64,000 bases of DNA. It comes from a virus. Positions within the stretch are counted from its first letter, which is position 1. Every line of letters starts with the position of its first letter. This document shows positions 46,505 through 55,617 of this stretch, in pieces. A program made the position numbers and the translations under genes. The stretch covers positions 1 to 64,000 of IMG/VR virus record IMGVR_UViG_3300045007_000107. One strand, written 5' to 3'. A model generated the notes under the pieces. That model ran no database searches and was not told the origin of the DNA. It saw nothing but the letters and a program-made list of their open reading frames with translations.

Positions 46505-46719
46505 TGGGTGTACACAGCAAAGTCGGCTTCAAGCGGTTCCCCAAGCAAGGGGATATGCTAGGTCGCGAGGTTCGTGTCTGTTTCAACTACGACACGTCAC
46601 GGACAATACCAGGGAAAGTCGTGCGTAACGACCACGAAGACCCTCACCTCATGCTCATTCAACTCGAAGACGGTCGTATCGTTCGCGATGTTGAGTGCCA
46701 GTATACATTCAAGGATTAG
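46504..46719 (+). CDS. small SH3-like protein
   Basis: FPKQG..G..V.VCF.YD..G.VVR.D...LEDGR. Confidence 0.75.
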   Translation: MGVHSKVGFKRFPKQGDMLGREVRVCFNYDTSRTIPGKVVRNDHEDPHLMLIQLEDGRIVRDVECQYTFKD

Positions 46720-46721
46720 CC

Positions 46722-47075
46722 ATGAGCGTCAAGCATCGCAACTACGTCATGTTCGGCGTGATCCGTCGGCACAAGTTCAAGGATCGTTCCGAGGTTTACG
46801 AGGCCCTGGAAGGGCTTACGGACGAGGGCAACGGACTGCCAGACCCGCGCGAACTTTGCATCCTGTGGGACGGCATGGGTGCGGGGTACGTCGCGATGGG
46901 CTTTATCTATGCAAAAAGCCGAGAATTCGAGGGGTTTTCCGACATCGTAACGATCCCCGAGACTACCCCGGAACTGGTCGCTGCCTGTGTCGAGAAGGTT
47001 CTTCTCGCTCTACCGCAGCAAGACGGCGAACCGCCGCTCGAATTCAAGTGGCACGTGATCTCGCACTACTATTGA
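46722..47075 (+). CDS. hypothetical protein
   Basis: RBS AAGGA. Confidence 0.7.
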   Translation: MSVKHRNYVMFGVIRRHKFKDRSEVYEALEGLTDEGNGLPDPRELCILWDGMGAGYVAMGFIYAKSREFEGFSDIVTIPETTPELVAACVEKVLLALPQQDGEPPLEFKWHVISHYY

Positions 47076-47081
47076 GAGCCC

Positions 47082-47573
47082 ATGCACGACAAGTGGTTTA
47101 GGTGGTCGTCCGAAGATTTCGCCGAGGTTGAGCGTCTGCGCGCAAAGAACAAGACGTGGCAGGAAATTGGCGAAGTCTTCGGGGTTACGAAATACGCTAT
47201 GTGCATGGCGTATGGGCACTATAAGAAGAAGGGCTATAAGGCAAAACTCGAAGAACGACAGCAGTTAAGGGAAAGCGTTATCGCCTCTGTCGAAGGAGGG
47301 TGCAGCAGCGTCGCACAGATCGCCAGGGATCACGGCATACTGCCCCGCTCCGCACACTGGATACTGGAACACGCCGGCATAGACCGCGAGATGCGCGAGT
47401 TCTACGCTAAACAACCGATAAGGGAACCGAATGTCCGACCATACAAAGCTCGAAGAACCGAACCTCTGGATACCGGAGCAGAACCAAGTCCATCTAGCTC
47501 TACTCGGGAAGCTGGCCGAGGAAGCGAACGAACTCGGGGGCCGGGCGGCGCGATGCATCATCCAGGGGCTTGA
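47082..47573 (+). CDS. double-HTH protein (GcrA-like N-terminus)
   Basis: WSSED...TWQEIGEVFGVT; SVAQIARDHGI. Confidence 0.65.
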   Translation: MHDKWFRWSSEDFAEVERLRAKNKTWQEIGEVFGVTKYAMCMAYGHYKKKGYKAKLEERQQLRESVIASVEGGCSSVAQIARDHGILPRSAHWILEHAGIDREMREFYAKQPIREPNVRPYKARRTEPLDTGAEPSPSSSTREAGRGSERTRGPGGAMHHPGA

Positions 47574-47778
47574 CGGGATCGATCCCGAGGACGGCCGCTT
47601 GAACCGGGAGCATCTGGCCGACGAGATAGCGGACGTGCGCGCCCTGTGCGACCTTGCGTCGAACATGTTCTTCCCCGAGAAGGCGCAGCACATCCACGAG
47701 CGCAAGCTCGCCAAGTACGACCACAAGCAACGGTGGTTCGACAAGCTCGCCCGCTGGGTCATGGAACGCGTCCAGTAG
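47431..47778 (+). CDS. MazG-like NTP pyrophosphohydrolase
   Basis: KLAEEANEL...LADEIADV (ExxE..ExxD). Confidence 0.75.
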   Translation: MSDHTKLEEPNLWIPEQNQVHLALLGKLAEEANELGGRAARCIIQGLDGIDPEDGRLNREHLADEIADVRALCDLASNMFFPEKAQHIHERKLAKYDHKQRWFDKLARWVMERVQ

Positions 47779-47840
47779 CGCGTTATCTGCTTGCAGCCGT
47801 CTGCACGTCTGCTACTCTCACTCAACGGAGCAAACGTGCG

Positions 47841-48662
47841 ATGATAAGCCTGCTAAACGCCGACTGTCGGGCGGTCCTGCCAAAGCTGCCCGATCAGTCC
47901 TTCGATATGATCTTTCTCGACCCTCCCTGGGGCGAAAGCAACCACGAATGGGACGTTCCCGTGGTAGGCTGGGGGCGGGAAATCCGCCGCCTACTCAAGC
48001 CCTCTGGCACGATATGGGTCATGACCAGCATGGGTCATTTCCTCCGGCACATGCACGCCGAGATCAATGCGGGCCTGTTTCGCTACGTGCAGGACGTAGT
48101 GATCGAACACCCGAACGGTAATGGCCCGACCCTGCGGCCCGAGTTTCGCAAGGTGCATCATCACGCGATCCAGTTTCGGATGAACGGCCACTCACGCAAC
48201 CTGCTCACGCAGAACCGCCCGAAGGACGGCGCGCGCATGGTGCGCAGTGTCCTTCCCAACCAAGACCCAAAGCGGCGCTGGCACCCCGCGCAGCAGCCTA
48301 TCAACGTCGTGTCTGAGCTTATCGCGCAGAGCACGAACCCCGGAGATTGTATCCTCGACCCGTTCGCTGGCAGCGCCACGTCCGCTATCGCCGCGTTCAT
48401 CTTGGATCGTGATTGCGTGTGTATCGAAAAAAACTACCCGATATACACACAAGCCGAGGCTCGCCTTATCGAGGCGGGCGTCCCGTATAACACTCCCCTA
48501 GTCGTAGGATTGAACCGTGTCGAAGATCAAGCGCAGCGACCTCAACGAAATCCAGAGCCTCAACCAACAACTGGCGGACCTAGAGGCGCAATACCTGACC
48601 CTCCGCGAGTACAAAGAAACCGTGGCATTCGCGGTAGACTACGGTCCCAGCCTAAAGCCTGA
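47841..48662 (+). CDS. orphan amino-DNA methyltransferase (N6A/N4C, beta class)
   Basis: DPPW motif IV before HPAQQP and LDPFAGS motif I. Confidence 0.88.
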   Translation: MISLLNADCRAVLPKLPDQSFDMIFLDPPWGESNHEWDVPVVGWGREIRRLLKPSGTIWVMTSMGHFLRHMHAEINAGLFRYVQDVVIEHPNGNGPTLRPEFRKVHHHAIQFRMNGHSRNLLTQNRPKDGARMVRSVLPNQDPKRRWHPAQQPINVVSELIAQSTNPGDCILDPFAGSATSAIAAFILDRDCVCIEKNYPIYTQAEARLIEAGVPYNTPLVVGLNRVEDQAQRPQRNPEPQPTTGGPRGAIPDPPRVQRNRGIRGRLRSQPKA

Positions 48663-48870
48663 CCACGTAAAGAAGCCCCATTTTCCCCTGGAAATTCCGC
48701 AGGGATCGGTGGCGTACGGACTCGTCGTGCAGGGCTTCTGTGAGGCGGTTGCCGTGCGTATCAGCACCGTCGTGTACGCTCTGCAAAAGCTCAATGTCGA
48801 TATCGATTACGATGCGCTCATGCGCGGGTTGAAGTCGGACATCGCGCCGCCCACTTCCGCCGACGACTAA
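48517..48870 (+). CDS. hypothetical protein
   Basis: RBS AGGA; overlaps disordered MTase tail. Confidence 0.6.
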   Translation: MSKIKRSDLNEIQSLNQQLADLEAQYLTLREYKETVAFAVDYGPSLKPDHVKKPHFPLEIPQGSVAYGLVVQGFCEAVAVRISTVVYALQKLNVDIDYDALMRGLKSDIAPPTSADD

Positions 48871-48918
48871 TACATGGTAGGCTCTTGCTTGCAGCCATCT
48901 GCAAACCAGGGGCCTACC

Positions 48919-49086
48919 ATGAACGACATCAAGACCAACTCCTGCGTTCGCCTCAAGGACTCCGAACGCAACATGCTGGTGCAGCGTGTGAGCGGGGATC
49001 GCGCCATCTGCTTCTGGTTCGAAGAGGGTGGCGACAATTTCCGCTCGGGCATCTTCCCGCTCAAAGAACTCACTGTGGTGGGGTAG
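48919..49086 (+). CDS. YodC/DUF2158-like small protein
   Basis: VRLKD...M.V.......C.WF...F....L. Confidence 0.6.
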   Translation: MNDIKTNSCVRLKDSERNMLVQRVSGDRAICFWFEEGGDNFRSGIFPLKELTVVG

Positions 49087-49090
49087 CGTC

Positions 49091-49324
49091 ATGGCGCAGC
49101 TTATCCAGCAGAGCGAAGAAGACGAAAACATGTACATCGCCGTGGAGCCCGGTCCTGACGTGACCGTGGGGATCGGCACCATCAAGGACATGGAGGGGCG
49201 CGAGCGCCCGTGCGTGACCATCGGCGATAACACCCTCGTCTTCGATCCGCAGGACGTGAAAGACTTCCTCCCCATCCTCATGCAGGCCCGTAGTGACGAC
49301 ATGGGCTGCGAGGGCCAAGCCTAG
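49091..49324 (+). CDS. hypothetical protein
   Basis: Codon bias, operonic. Confidence 0.6.
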   Translation: MAQLIQQSEEDENMYIAVEPGPDVTVGIGTIKDMEGRERPCVTIGDNTLVFDPQDVKDFLPILMQARSDDMGCEGQA

Positions 49325-49652
49325 GAGCGTTCTAGTGCCTAATCGCGAGACGCGAAACCCCACAGCCGTGTTGCAGGGTATCGTATCGGGTCGAATACCG
49401 GAGGGCGAGGAACGGCAGCGGGCGAAACTGGAACAGGCCATCCAGATTATCGAGGTTCTGACCTCCAACAATCGTAAGGTCACGATCTCCCCGGAAGATG
49501 CTGCCGATCTCATGAACTACCTGGGCGATCCCGACGCCTGGAAGCAGACCCTCCTTGTCGCGTTCAATATAGACTGACGCTTTATCGTAGCGGGTGCTGG
49601 CACCATCCGCTACGATCTTAATGCTATACCTCTTGCAGACGGCTGCACGCAC

Positions 49653-49868
49653 ATGCCTATCCAGCGACGCTCAGCCTTCGTGGTCAAGCCTGCTCCCCGG
49701 TGGACCCATCGCGTCACCGCCAAACACTTCACCGCCCACTTCCAAGTCAGCGGCGGGGATAAGGTGATCGCCTCGGAGCCTGTGATCCACTGGACGATGG
49801 GGCAGCGCCTCGACCACATCCGCGAACTGTGCAATCAACGCGGCTATACCTTGGAGAAGGTCAACTAA
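49653..49868 (+). CDS. hypothetical protein
   Basis: Coupled to next gene. Confidence 0.65.
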   Translation: MPIQRRSAFVVKPAPRWTHRVTAKHFTAHFQVSGGDKVIASEPVIHWTMGQRLDHIRELCNQRGYTLEKVN

Positions 49869-50098
49869 TGGATCGAGTGGAATTCCACCGAAGCCTGCGG
49901 GCACTCGGCTGGTCGCAGCGCGAGCTAGGTCGCAAACTCGGGGCTTGCGAGAAACGCATAACGGGATGGGCGAACAACAGGCAGCCGATCCCGAGAGATG
50001 TAGCCGATTGGCTACGTGGTCTTGTGGCAGCCCATGCGGCGTTGCCGCCCCCGGATACGTATCAAGTAAAGCCGGTTACTCGGAAGGCCGCAGCATGA
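49868..50098 (+). CDS. Cro/XRE-type HTH protein
   Basis: LGWSQRELGRKLG...ITGW...IP..VA.WL. Confidence 0.8.
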   Translation: MDRVEFHRSLRALGWSQRELGRKLGACEKRITGWANNRQPIPRDVADWLRGLVAAHAALPPPDTYQVKPVTRKAAA

Positions 50099-50538
50099 AC
50101 GTCGTCGGCGCGGGCGCACGTGACTACACGAAAGAGGTAGTCGTCTACACCGTCCTCAACTGGCTCGATGTAGCCTACGGCATCGACCGGATATCGGAGG
50201 GCAAGCAACACGGGGCGGATGCGCTGATCCGCCAGTGGCGTGAGCACCACGAGCGTCCCGGTCAGAGCTATGAAGCGTTTTGGACTCGGCTCAAGCGCGG
50301 GGCTGGTCCCGAACGCAATGCGCGGATGGTCAAGGCAGAGCAACCGGATCTATGGATCGGTTTCGAGGGCGGGAGCGGTACCGGCAACTGTATGTCGGAG
50401 GCTCTTAAGCTACCTCACTGCCGCTGTATCCACGTCGCGTCGGCCGAGATACTGCGTGACAGGATCGATCTCACCGTCACGTTCAGCCGACATGGGATGC
50501 TGCCCAAGATCACGGCTCTATCTCTGCTTCTGGTATAA
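50095..50538 (+). CDS. SLOG-family (DUF2493-like) protein
   Basis: GARDY, G..HGAD, AGPERNARM, FEGGSGT. Confidence 0.8.
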   Translation: MNVVGAGARDYTKEVVVYTVLNWLDVAYGIDRISEGKQHGADALIRQWREHHERPGQSYEAFWTRLKRGAGPERNARMVKAEQPDLWIGFEGGSGTGNCMSEALKLPHCRCIHVASAEILRDRIDLTVTFSRHGMLPKITALSLLLV

Positions 50539-50539
50539 G

Positions 50540-50565
50540 AAAAGGGGGCCTCGCGGCCCCCTCTC
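50540..50565. terminator. terminator between convergent genes
   Basis: AAAAGGGGGCC-TCGC-GGCCCCCTCT. Confidence 0.75.
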
Positions 50566-50589
50566 CGTTCTTGCAGCCGTCTGCACGTA

Positions 50590-51339
50590 TCAGCCGTAGA
50601 GGCTCTCGTCGTGAACGTCGCCCGCACCTTCCAGCAGCTTGTAGCCGTTCGCGGTGCGCTCGGCCTTCGGCGCCCGATCCGCCGAATGGTTCTGCCAGTA
50701 TTCCTTCGACAGGCCCCGGCGGACCATCGTGCCGTCCACGAGGGACTTGAGATGGGTGCGGCGGTAATACTTGTCGTCGGTGTTCGGGTTGTGCAGGAAG
50801 CCGGCGAGGAACTGGTCGCCGACCTTCACCGCCTTCACGCCGTCGCGGCTCTCGACCAGCAGAAGGCCCTCGGTCGGGCCGGTGCGGGGATCGACCTCGT
50901 GACCCTCGCCGATGGCGGCCTGGACGCCTCGCTTGTGAAGTTCCTGGGTCGCCGCCGCGTCATCGAGGTTCACGGCGTTCTTGCCGCCGTTGGTCGGATC
51001 GGTCGTCGTGTTCAGGATGTACTCGTTGTTGAGCGACGCCTTGTCCGCGTTCTCCACCTCGTCGCCGGTCTCGCGGGTCTCGTGGGAAACCGAACGACCG
51101 GTGTGGGGGTCGCCTTCGAGGTGCGTGCCGGCCGAGTCCTCGACCTTCTTCGTGTCGCCCTCGGCGGACTCGCCCTGGGAGTTGCGCTGCTCGGTCTCGG
51201 AGGTCTGCGCCTCTTGCGCCTGCTTGTTCTCCTCGGTACGGTCGGGAGCGTCGGCCGGCTTCTCGGTCGTGGGCGCCGGGGCAGTCGCGGTGGTGGTCGC
51301 ACCCGGCTTCGGGCCGGGGATCGTGGGTGTGCGGGCCAT
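50590..51339 (-). CDS. acidic hypothetical protein; only convincing minus-strand gene
   Basis: RBS AGGAGA, strong minus-strand codon bias, terminator after stop. Confidence 0.8.
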   Translation of the reverse strand: MARTPTIPGPKPGATTTATAPAPTTEKPADAPDRTEENKQAQEAQTSETEQRNSQGESAEGDTKKVEDSAGTHLEGDPHTGRSVSHETRETGDEVENADKASLNNEYILNTTTDPTNGGKNAVNLDDAAATQELHKRGVQAAIGEGHEVDPRTGPTEGLLLVESRDGVKAVKVGDQFLAGFLHNPNTDDKYYRRTHLKSLVDGTMVRRGLSKEYWQNHSADRAPKAERTANGYKLLEGAGDVHDESLYG

Positions 51340-51782
51340 GCTTGTGTCTCCTGACATCGCGGATGCGAGGCCAGTATGATAGTCCTGCCTACATGCGTAC
51401 GCAATGGGTTCTATTTTTTAGCAGGAGTGTATGCCGTGTCGAGAGCTAAGTCGAAGCCTGCCAAGCCCCAGGTCTGCACCGATGTGCGCGAATGCGCCGA
51501 GGAAGTGTTCCGTCAACTCAGTACACCGGGCTACGGGATCGACAGTATCCGCTACCCGGACGCCCTTCGCTCTAAGGCTAAAGCCTTACTGGTACACGAG
51601 GGACGCATCCGCTATTGCTTTGCCAGAGGGCACCACGTTCCGTACGATGCGCCGCATTATGGGGCACAAAGTAGTGCCGGATCGGCCCCGAGAGGACGCA
51701 GATCATTCGGACAAAGAGCTTGATCCGACAAACAATCTCGCATATACTATGTCAGCCTTGCAGCCGTCTGCATGTTCAAAGG

Positions 51783-51895
51783 TTGACAGATGCATTACTC
51801 GACCATATCTTATTCTGACCGCGAGCGACGCGCGGTTTCATCGGCCATGGTGATAGAGCAGGCTGGTTGGGTTAGTAGCCCGGCCAGCCTGTTTG
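51783..51895 (+). promoter_or_regulatory. promoter followed by structured leader/attenuator
   Basis: TTGACA-N17-TATCTT; stem GACCGCG/CGCGGTT and 15-bp GCAGGCTGGTTGGGT/GCCCGGCCAGCCTGT. Confidence 0.55.
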
Positions 51896-51907
51896 CGTGA
51901 GGTGACC

Positions 51908-52150
51908 ATGCTCGACATCGGAACCTATAGACGCTACCGTGCCGTGGCAGAAAACGGCGTCGCGCACGCCCTGAGCCTGGACATCCTGAGCGAGAACGAA
52001 GAGACGTTCCTGCACAGTATGCAAACGAAATTCCAGCAGTATCGCCGCAACACCTTTCTGTCCCCGAAACAGATCGAGTGGCTCGACCAGATCGAGAGCA
52101 AGTTGCAGGACGAACTCGGCAGCGTCTACGAAGAGTATCAGGGGGAGTAG
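51908..52150 (+). CDS. hypothetical protein
   Basis: RBS GAGGTG; E..FL.SM...LSPKQ..WL..I. Confidence 0.75.
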   Translation: MLDIGTYRRYRAVAENGVAHALSLDILSENEETFLHSMQTKFQQYRRNTFLSPKQIEWLDQIESKLQDELGSVYEEYQGE

Positions 52151-52151
52151 C

Positions 52152-52409
52152 ATGAGCATTCTACGCCGCGTTCCCGAGGTGGACCGAGAGATCGCCAACC
52201 ATCTCAAGCAGATCGACATCAACGGCTGGCCCAAGAACTACGAGACGGCCAAGCGCTTTGAGCGCTACATCAACTACGGTTGGGTGTCGAAGGGCGGCAC
52301 GCTCACGCAGTTGGGCGAGCAAGCCATGAACTCCTACTTCGATCAGGCCGCCAAGGATCGTATGGACGACAGTCCGTACAATCGCGTGCAGCCGTCTGCA
52401 CGGGGCTGA
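52152..52409 (+). CDS. hypothetical protein
   Basis: RBS GGGAG. Confidence 0.7.
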   Translation: MSILRRVPEVDREIANHLKQIDINGWPKNYETAKRFERYINYGWVSKGGTLTQLGEQAMNSYFDQAAKDRMDDSPYNRVQPSARG

Positions 52410-52410
52410 C

Positions 52411-52794
52411 ATGCCTATCCGGTACGAGAAGCACTATACTCGCGGCTTGTGCCGGCGCTACCCCACACACCTGTTTGTGTTCGGTGACAACCTCGCCGGA
52501 TGGGGGCGCAAGGGACAAGCCTGTATACGTGACGAACCGAACGCTGTAGGCATACCGACCAAGAAGCGCCCGAGCATGGACGATGACGCGTTCTTCGCCA
52601 ACGGCGATGCGCAAATGTTCGTCAATGCAGTCAACCCGCCGCTGCGGCGGCTGCGGGCGCACCTTAAAAAGGGCGGCTTTGTCGTTCTACCGACTGACGG
52701 CATCGGTACGGGTCTCGCGGAGTTGAACGTCCGCGCGCCGGTCATTCGTCGGCTTATCGATCTAGTCGTAGAGGATCTCTCTGCTACCGGGTAG
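52411..52794 (+). CDS. hypothetical phage protein, possibly macro-domain-like
   Basis: FVFGDN..G.GRKGQA.IR.EPNAVGIPTK...GIGTGLA. Confidence 0.6.
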   Translation: MPIRYEKHYTRGLCRRYPTHLFVFGDNLAGWGRKGQACIRDEPNAVGIPTKKRPSMDDDAFFANGDAQMFVNAVNPPLRRLRAHLKKGGFVVLPTDGIGTGLAELNVRAPVIRRLIDLVVEDLSATG

Positions 52795-52862
52795 GTAATC
52801 CGTTTGCGCATACACCCCGTTGGTTTTCCGTGCTATCAACGGGGGATCAACGGGGTTTTCTT

Positions 52863-53423
52863 ATGCCTAAAGCCAAGACCACCACCACGCGCAATCCTCG
52901 CATCGCCAAGGGCCGGCACCCGATGCTCAAGGATGGGTCGCTCGCCCATCGCATCTTTGTGCAACTCAAGATGATAGACGAGCCGGTGCAGACCCCGGAG
53001 CTTGCGCGCGTGCTGATCGAGCCGCACGGCACAGTCGCGTCGATGCTCGGCAAGATGCGACAAGAGGGTCTCGTCCGACTGGCGCAGATCGTGCGAGACT
53101 ATCCCGATGGCCCCGAGATCGAGTCGGGCTGGGTGGCGAATAAGCCGGCCGAACAGGGCGTGCGTCGTGACCGTATCGAGGTTGAAACCATCGTTTACGT
53201 CAACGAGGATGGTGAGTACAGTGTTCGATCACGTGTCGTCGGCGGCCTCCCCACCATGCATGATGGTCACCCTCTCCCGGTGCATGTCGTACGGCAGATA
53301 GTGTCGGTTCCAAAGCATGAGGAAATGGGCCGCAAGCGGGTCAATCCACTCGTGCTCGCAGGCACTAAAAAACTCGATCCAATTGTCATCGACGGTGAAT
53401 TAGCCGACACTACGCCGAGGTAG
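52863..53423 (+). CDS. winged-helix DNA-binding protein
   Basis: TPELARVL...TVASMLGKMRQEGLV. Confidence 0.65.
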   Translation: MPKAKTTTTRNPRIAKGRHPMLKDGSLAHRIFVQLKMIDEPVQTPELARVLIEPHGTVASMLGKMRQEGLVRLAQIVRDYPDGPEIESGWVANKPAEQGVRRDRIEVETIVYVNEDGEYSVRSRVVGGLPTMHDGHPLPVHVVRQIVSVPKHEEMGRKRVNPLVLAGTKKLDPIVIDGELADTTPR

Positions 53424-53441
53424 GCCACCGGCGAGAGTGAG

Positions 53442-53810
53442 ATGCGTTACGCGGTTTTCGGGCCGTCGTTCGTGCAAGACAAACTGTATGATCGCTACGA
53501 CCACGTAGCTGCTTCCCTGTCTCTGCTGCCGAACGTCGAGGAACTTGTGCTAGGCGGCGGTAAGGGCGTGGAAACCCTTGCCGACACCTGGGCGAAAGAG
53601 AACAACATCCCCGTCCACCACATCCCGCCGCTCAACCGAGATTGGCGCAACAGGATCGGACAGGAGCAGGTATTCATCCTCCGCAACAACAAGATCATCG
53701 AGCGCATGGACGCCATGGTTCTTTTTTGGGATGGGTACTTCGCGGAACACCTCCACTTGCAGATGTCTGCAATCAATAAGCGGAAAATGTGCGTAGTCTT
53801 TCCGCTCTAG
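53442..53810 (+). CDS. SLOG-family (DUF2493-like) protein, divergent
   Basis: GGGKGVETLA..WAKENNIP...RNNKII...VLFWDG. Confidence 0.75.
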   Translation: MRYAVFGPSFVQDKLYDRYDHVAASLSLLPNVEELVLGGGKGVETLADTWAKENNIPVHHIPPLNRDWRNRIGQEQVFILRNNKIIERMDAMVLFWDGYFAEHLHLQMSAINKRKMCVVFPL

Positions 53811-53852
53811 CTCGGGTACACTGGCGCCACCTAATGTCTTACGGTGAAGTCT

Positions 53853-55475
53853 ATGCCCGAGCAGTACCGGCCCCGTCTCCGCATTCTGATTGACCCCGTC
53901 TACGTGCAGATCAGCAATCTGTCGGGGTCGTCCACCTACCGCAAGTACGTCACTCTTGTCCGTGAGCTAGTCGCTCGCGGTCATTATTGTTTTTGGTGTG
54001 TCCCCGACGCCGAAGGTTACGTGCCCGATGAGATCGAGAACCATCCTAACGTTGGCATTATTCGCACTGGCGTTATCCAAGACCAGTTCGTGGTCGATGG
54101 ACTCGTCACGGATGACTTCTTCAACCTCTTCAACCGGGTCGCGGGCAAGTACCACATCGACGTTCTTTGCACATCCAGAAACAGCCTTGCAGCCTATTAT
54201 AAACGACTGTTGGAGCCGCCCCGGTTCCACGACAATCGTGGTGACTATACCGACAAGGGATACGGCGTCCCGACTGTTCTCATCGAAGAGTTTCCTCAGA
54301 CCCGAGAGCGACAGAATTCGGGTGAGGCTTACTGGCTTATGCAAACTCTAGGGTACATCGCCAGCGACAAGACGGTGTTCCTGTCCGGCCACAACCGTTC
54401 GGAAGTGGTCAAAGAGATGGCGGACTATATCGTCACCTCCAAGGTCAAGAGGTTCATCGATGAGCAAGCGCGTGTCATCCCCGCCGGCATCGAATGTGAT
54501 CAGCTTGACACGATCTACGACCCGAACCGCTGGCAGCACGAAGAAGGCTTTCGGGTGGTCTCTATTGGCCGCATTTTTGGCGTCTCTTATTCTGAATACG
54601 TGCCTTGGTTTGATTATCTGTTCAAGAGTGGACTGTCTGACGCGCAGCTTACCGTCTCGCTCTCTGGCGCCCTTGGTGGCCCCATGCGGAACAAGCTCAA
54701 GAAACTAGGGTTCGACTTCGGCAACGTGGGCCGGCAGTACCGCATCCTCGAAAATAACAACCGGGCAAACTTCATCCGACAGCTTCGGGGGTATCACGCC
54801 TTCGTCTGCCCGCTAAGTCACCTCGACCATCCTACGGGGCTTTTCGAAGCCATTTACATGGGCCTCCCCGGCGTCATGCCGGTCTCGGACTATCAGCGTA
54901 CGTTCTTCCATGACTGGCCCTGGGTTATCGAGCCCAAGGATAAGGCGCGTTTGCTCGCGCATCTTCGCTGGATCAGGGAGAACAAAGCCGAAGCGCGCGA
55001 GATGGTCCTACCGTGGCGCCAGCGTATCCGTGAGCAGTACAACGCGAAAGATCGGATTGGCGAACTCTGCGACGTGATCGAGGGGGCGGGTCGTGCTCAC
55101 ATCAACCGCTTTAAGACTTCTTCCGCTGTTCTTAAATTCTGCCGCGAACTTAAGGGCGTTAGTTACAGCTTTGCGGACGTTGTCGCGTTCCTCAAGGAAC
55201 AGGGCTACATGGGGATCAGTATCGGCGATATGTCGATACGCACGACGTTCACCTACGCACGCGGGGCTGTGCATCACGCCATGGGTATGGCTGGATACGT
55301 TGATGCTTGTAACGGCCCTGATGATCTGTTCGTGCGCCGAGACGTGTTCGACCGGGATTACCTCCCTGCGCCGATTGCTCCGCTCCCGCTAACGCAGGAA
55401 GAGAAAATCGATATCCCCTTGCAGACGGCTGCAAAGCCCGGTCTGCGCCGCTTCACCCCCACGAGGAAAGCCTAA
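53853..55475 (+). CDS. GT-B glycosyltransferase (putative DNA-modifying)
   Basis: VIPAGIE, VVSIGRI, AFVCP..D..TGLFEAIYMGLP (GT4-like acid-x7-E). Confidence 0.75.
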   Translation: MPEQYRPRLRILIDPVYVQISNLSGSSTYRKYVTLVRELVARGHYCFWCVPDAEGYVPDEIENHPNVGIIRTGVIQDQFVVDGLVTDDFFNLFNRVAGKYHIDVLCTSRNSLAAYYKRLLEPPRFHDNRGDYTDKGYGVPTVLIEEFPQTRERQNSGEAYWLMQTLGYIASDKTVFLSGHNRSEVVKEMADYIVTSKVKRFIDEQARVIPAGIECDQLDTIYDPNRWQHEEGFRVVSIGRIFGVSYSEYVPWFDYLFKSGLSDAQLTVSLSGALGGPMRNKLKKLGFDFGNVGRQYRILENNNRANFIRQLRGYHAFVCPLSHLDHPTGLFEAIYMGLPGVMPVSDYQRTFFHDWPWVIEPKDKARLLAHLRWIRENKAEAREMVLPWRQRIREQYNAKDRIGELCDVIEGAGRAHINRFKTSSAVLKFCRELKGVSYSFADVVAFLKEQGYMGISIGDMSIRTTFTYARGAVHHAMGMAGYVDACNGPDDLFVRRDVFDRDYLPAPIAPLPLTQEEKIDIPLQTAAKPGLRRFTPTRKA

Positions 55476-55617
55476 TGTCCCCTGACGATCTCAACGACGT
55501 ACTGTCGGCCTACCGCGAAGCCCTGCTAGAGCACGGGCCGGACATGGGGATCAAGCCGAAGTACGTTGAAACCCTCGTGGCGCAACTCGGCGCCCGCATC
55601 CTGGGAGCACTCAAGTA

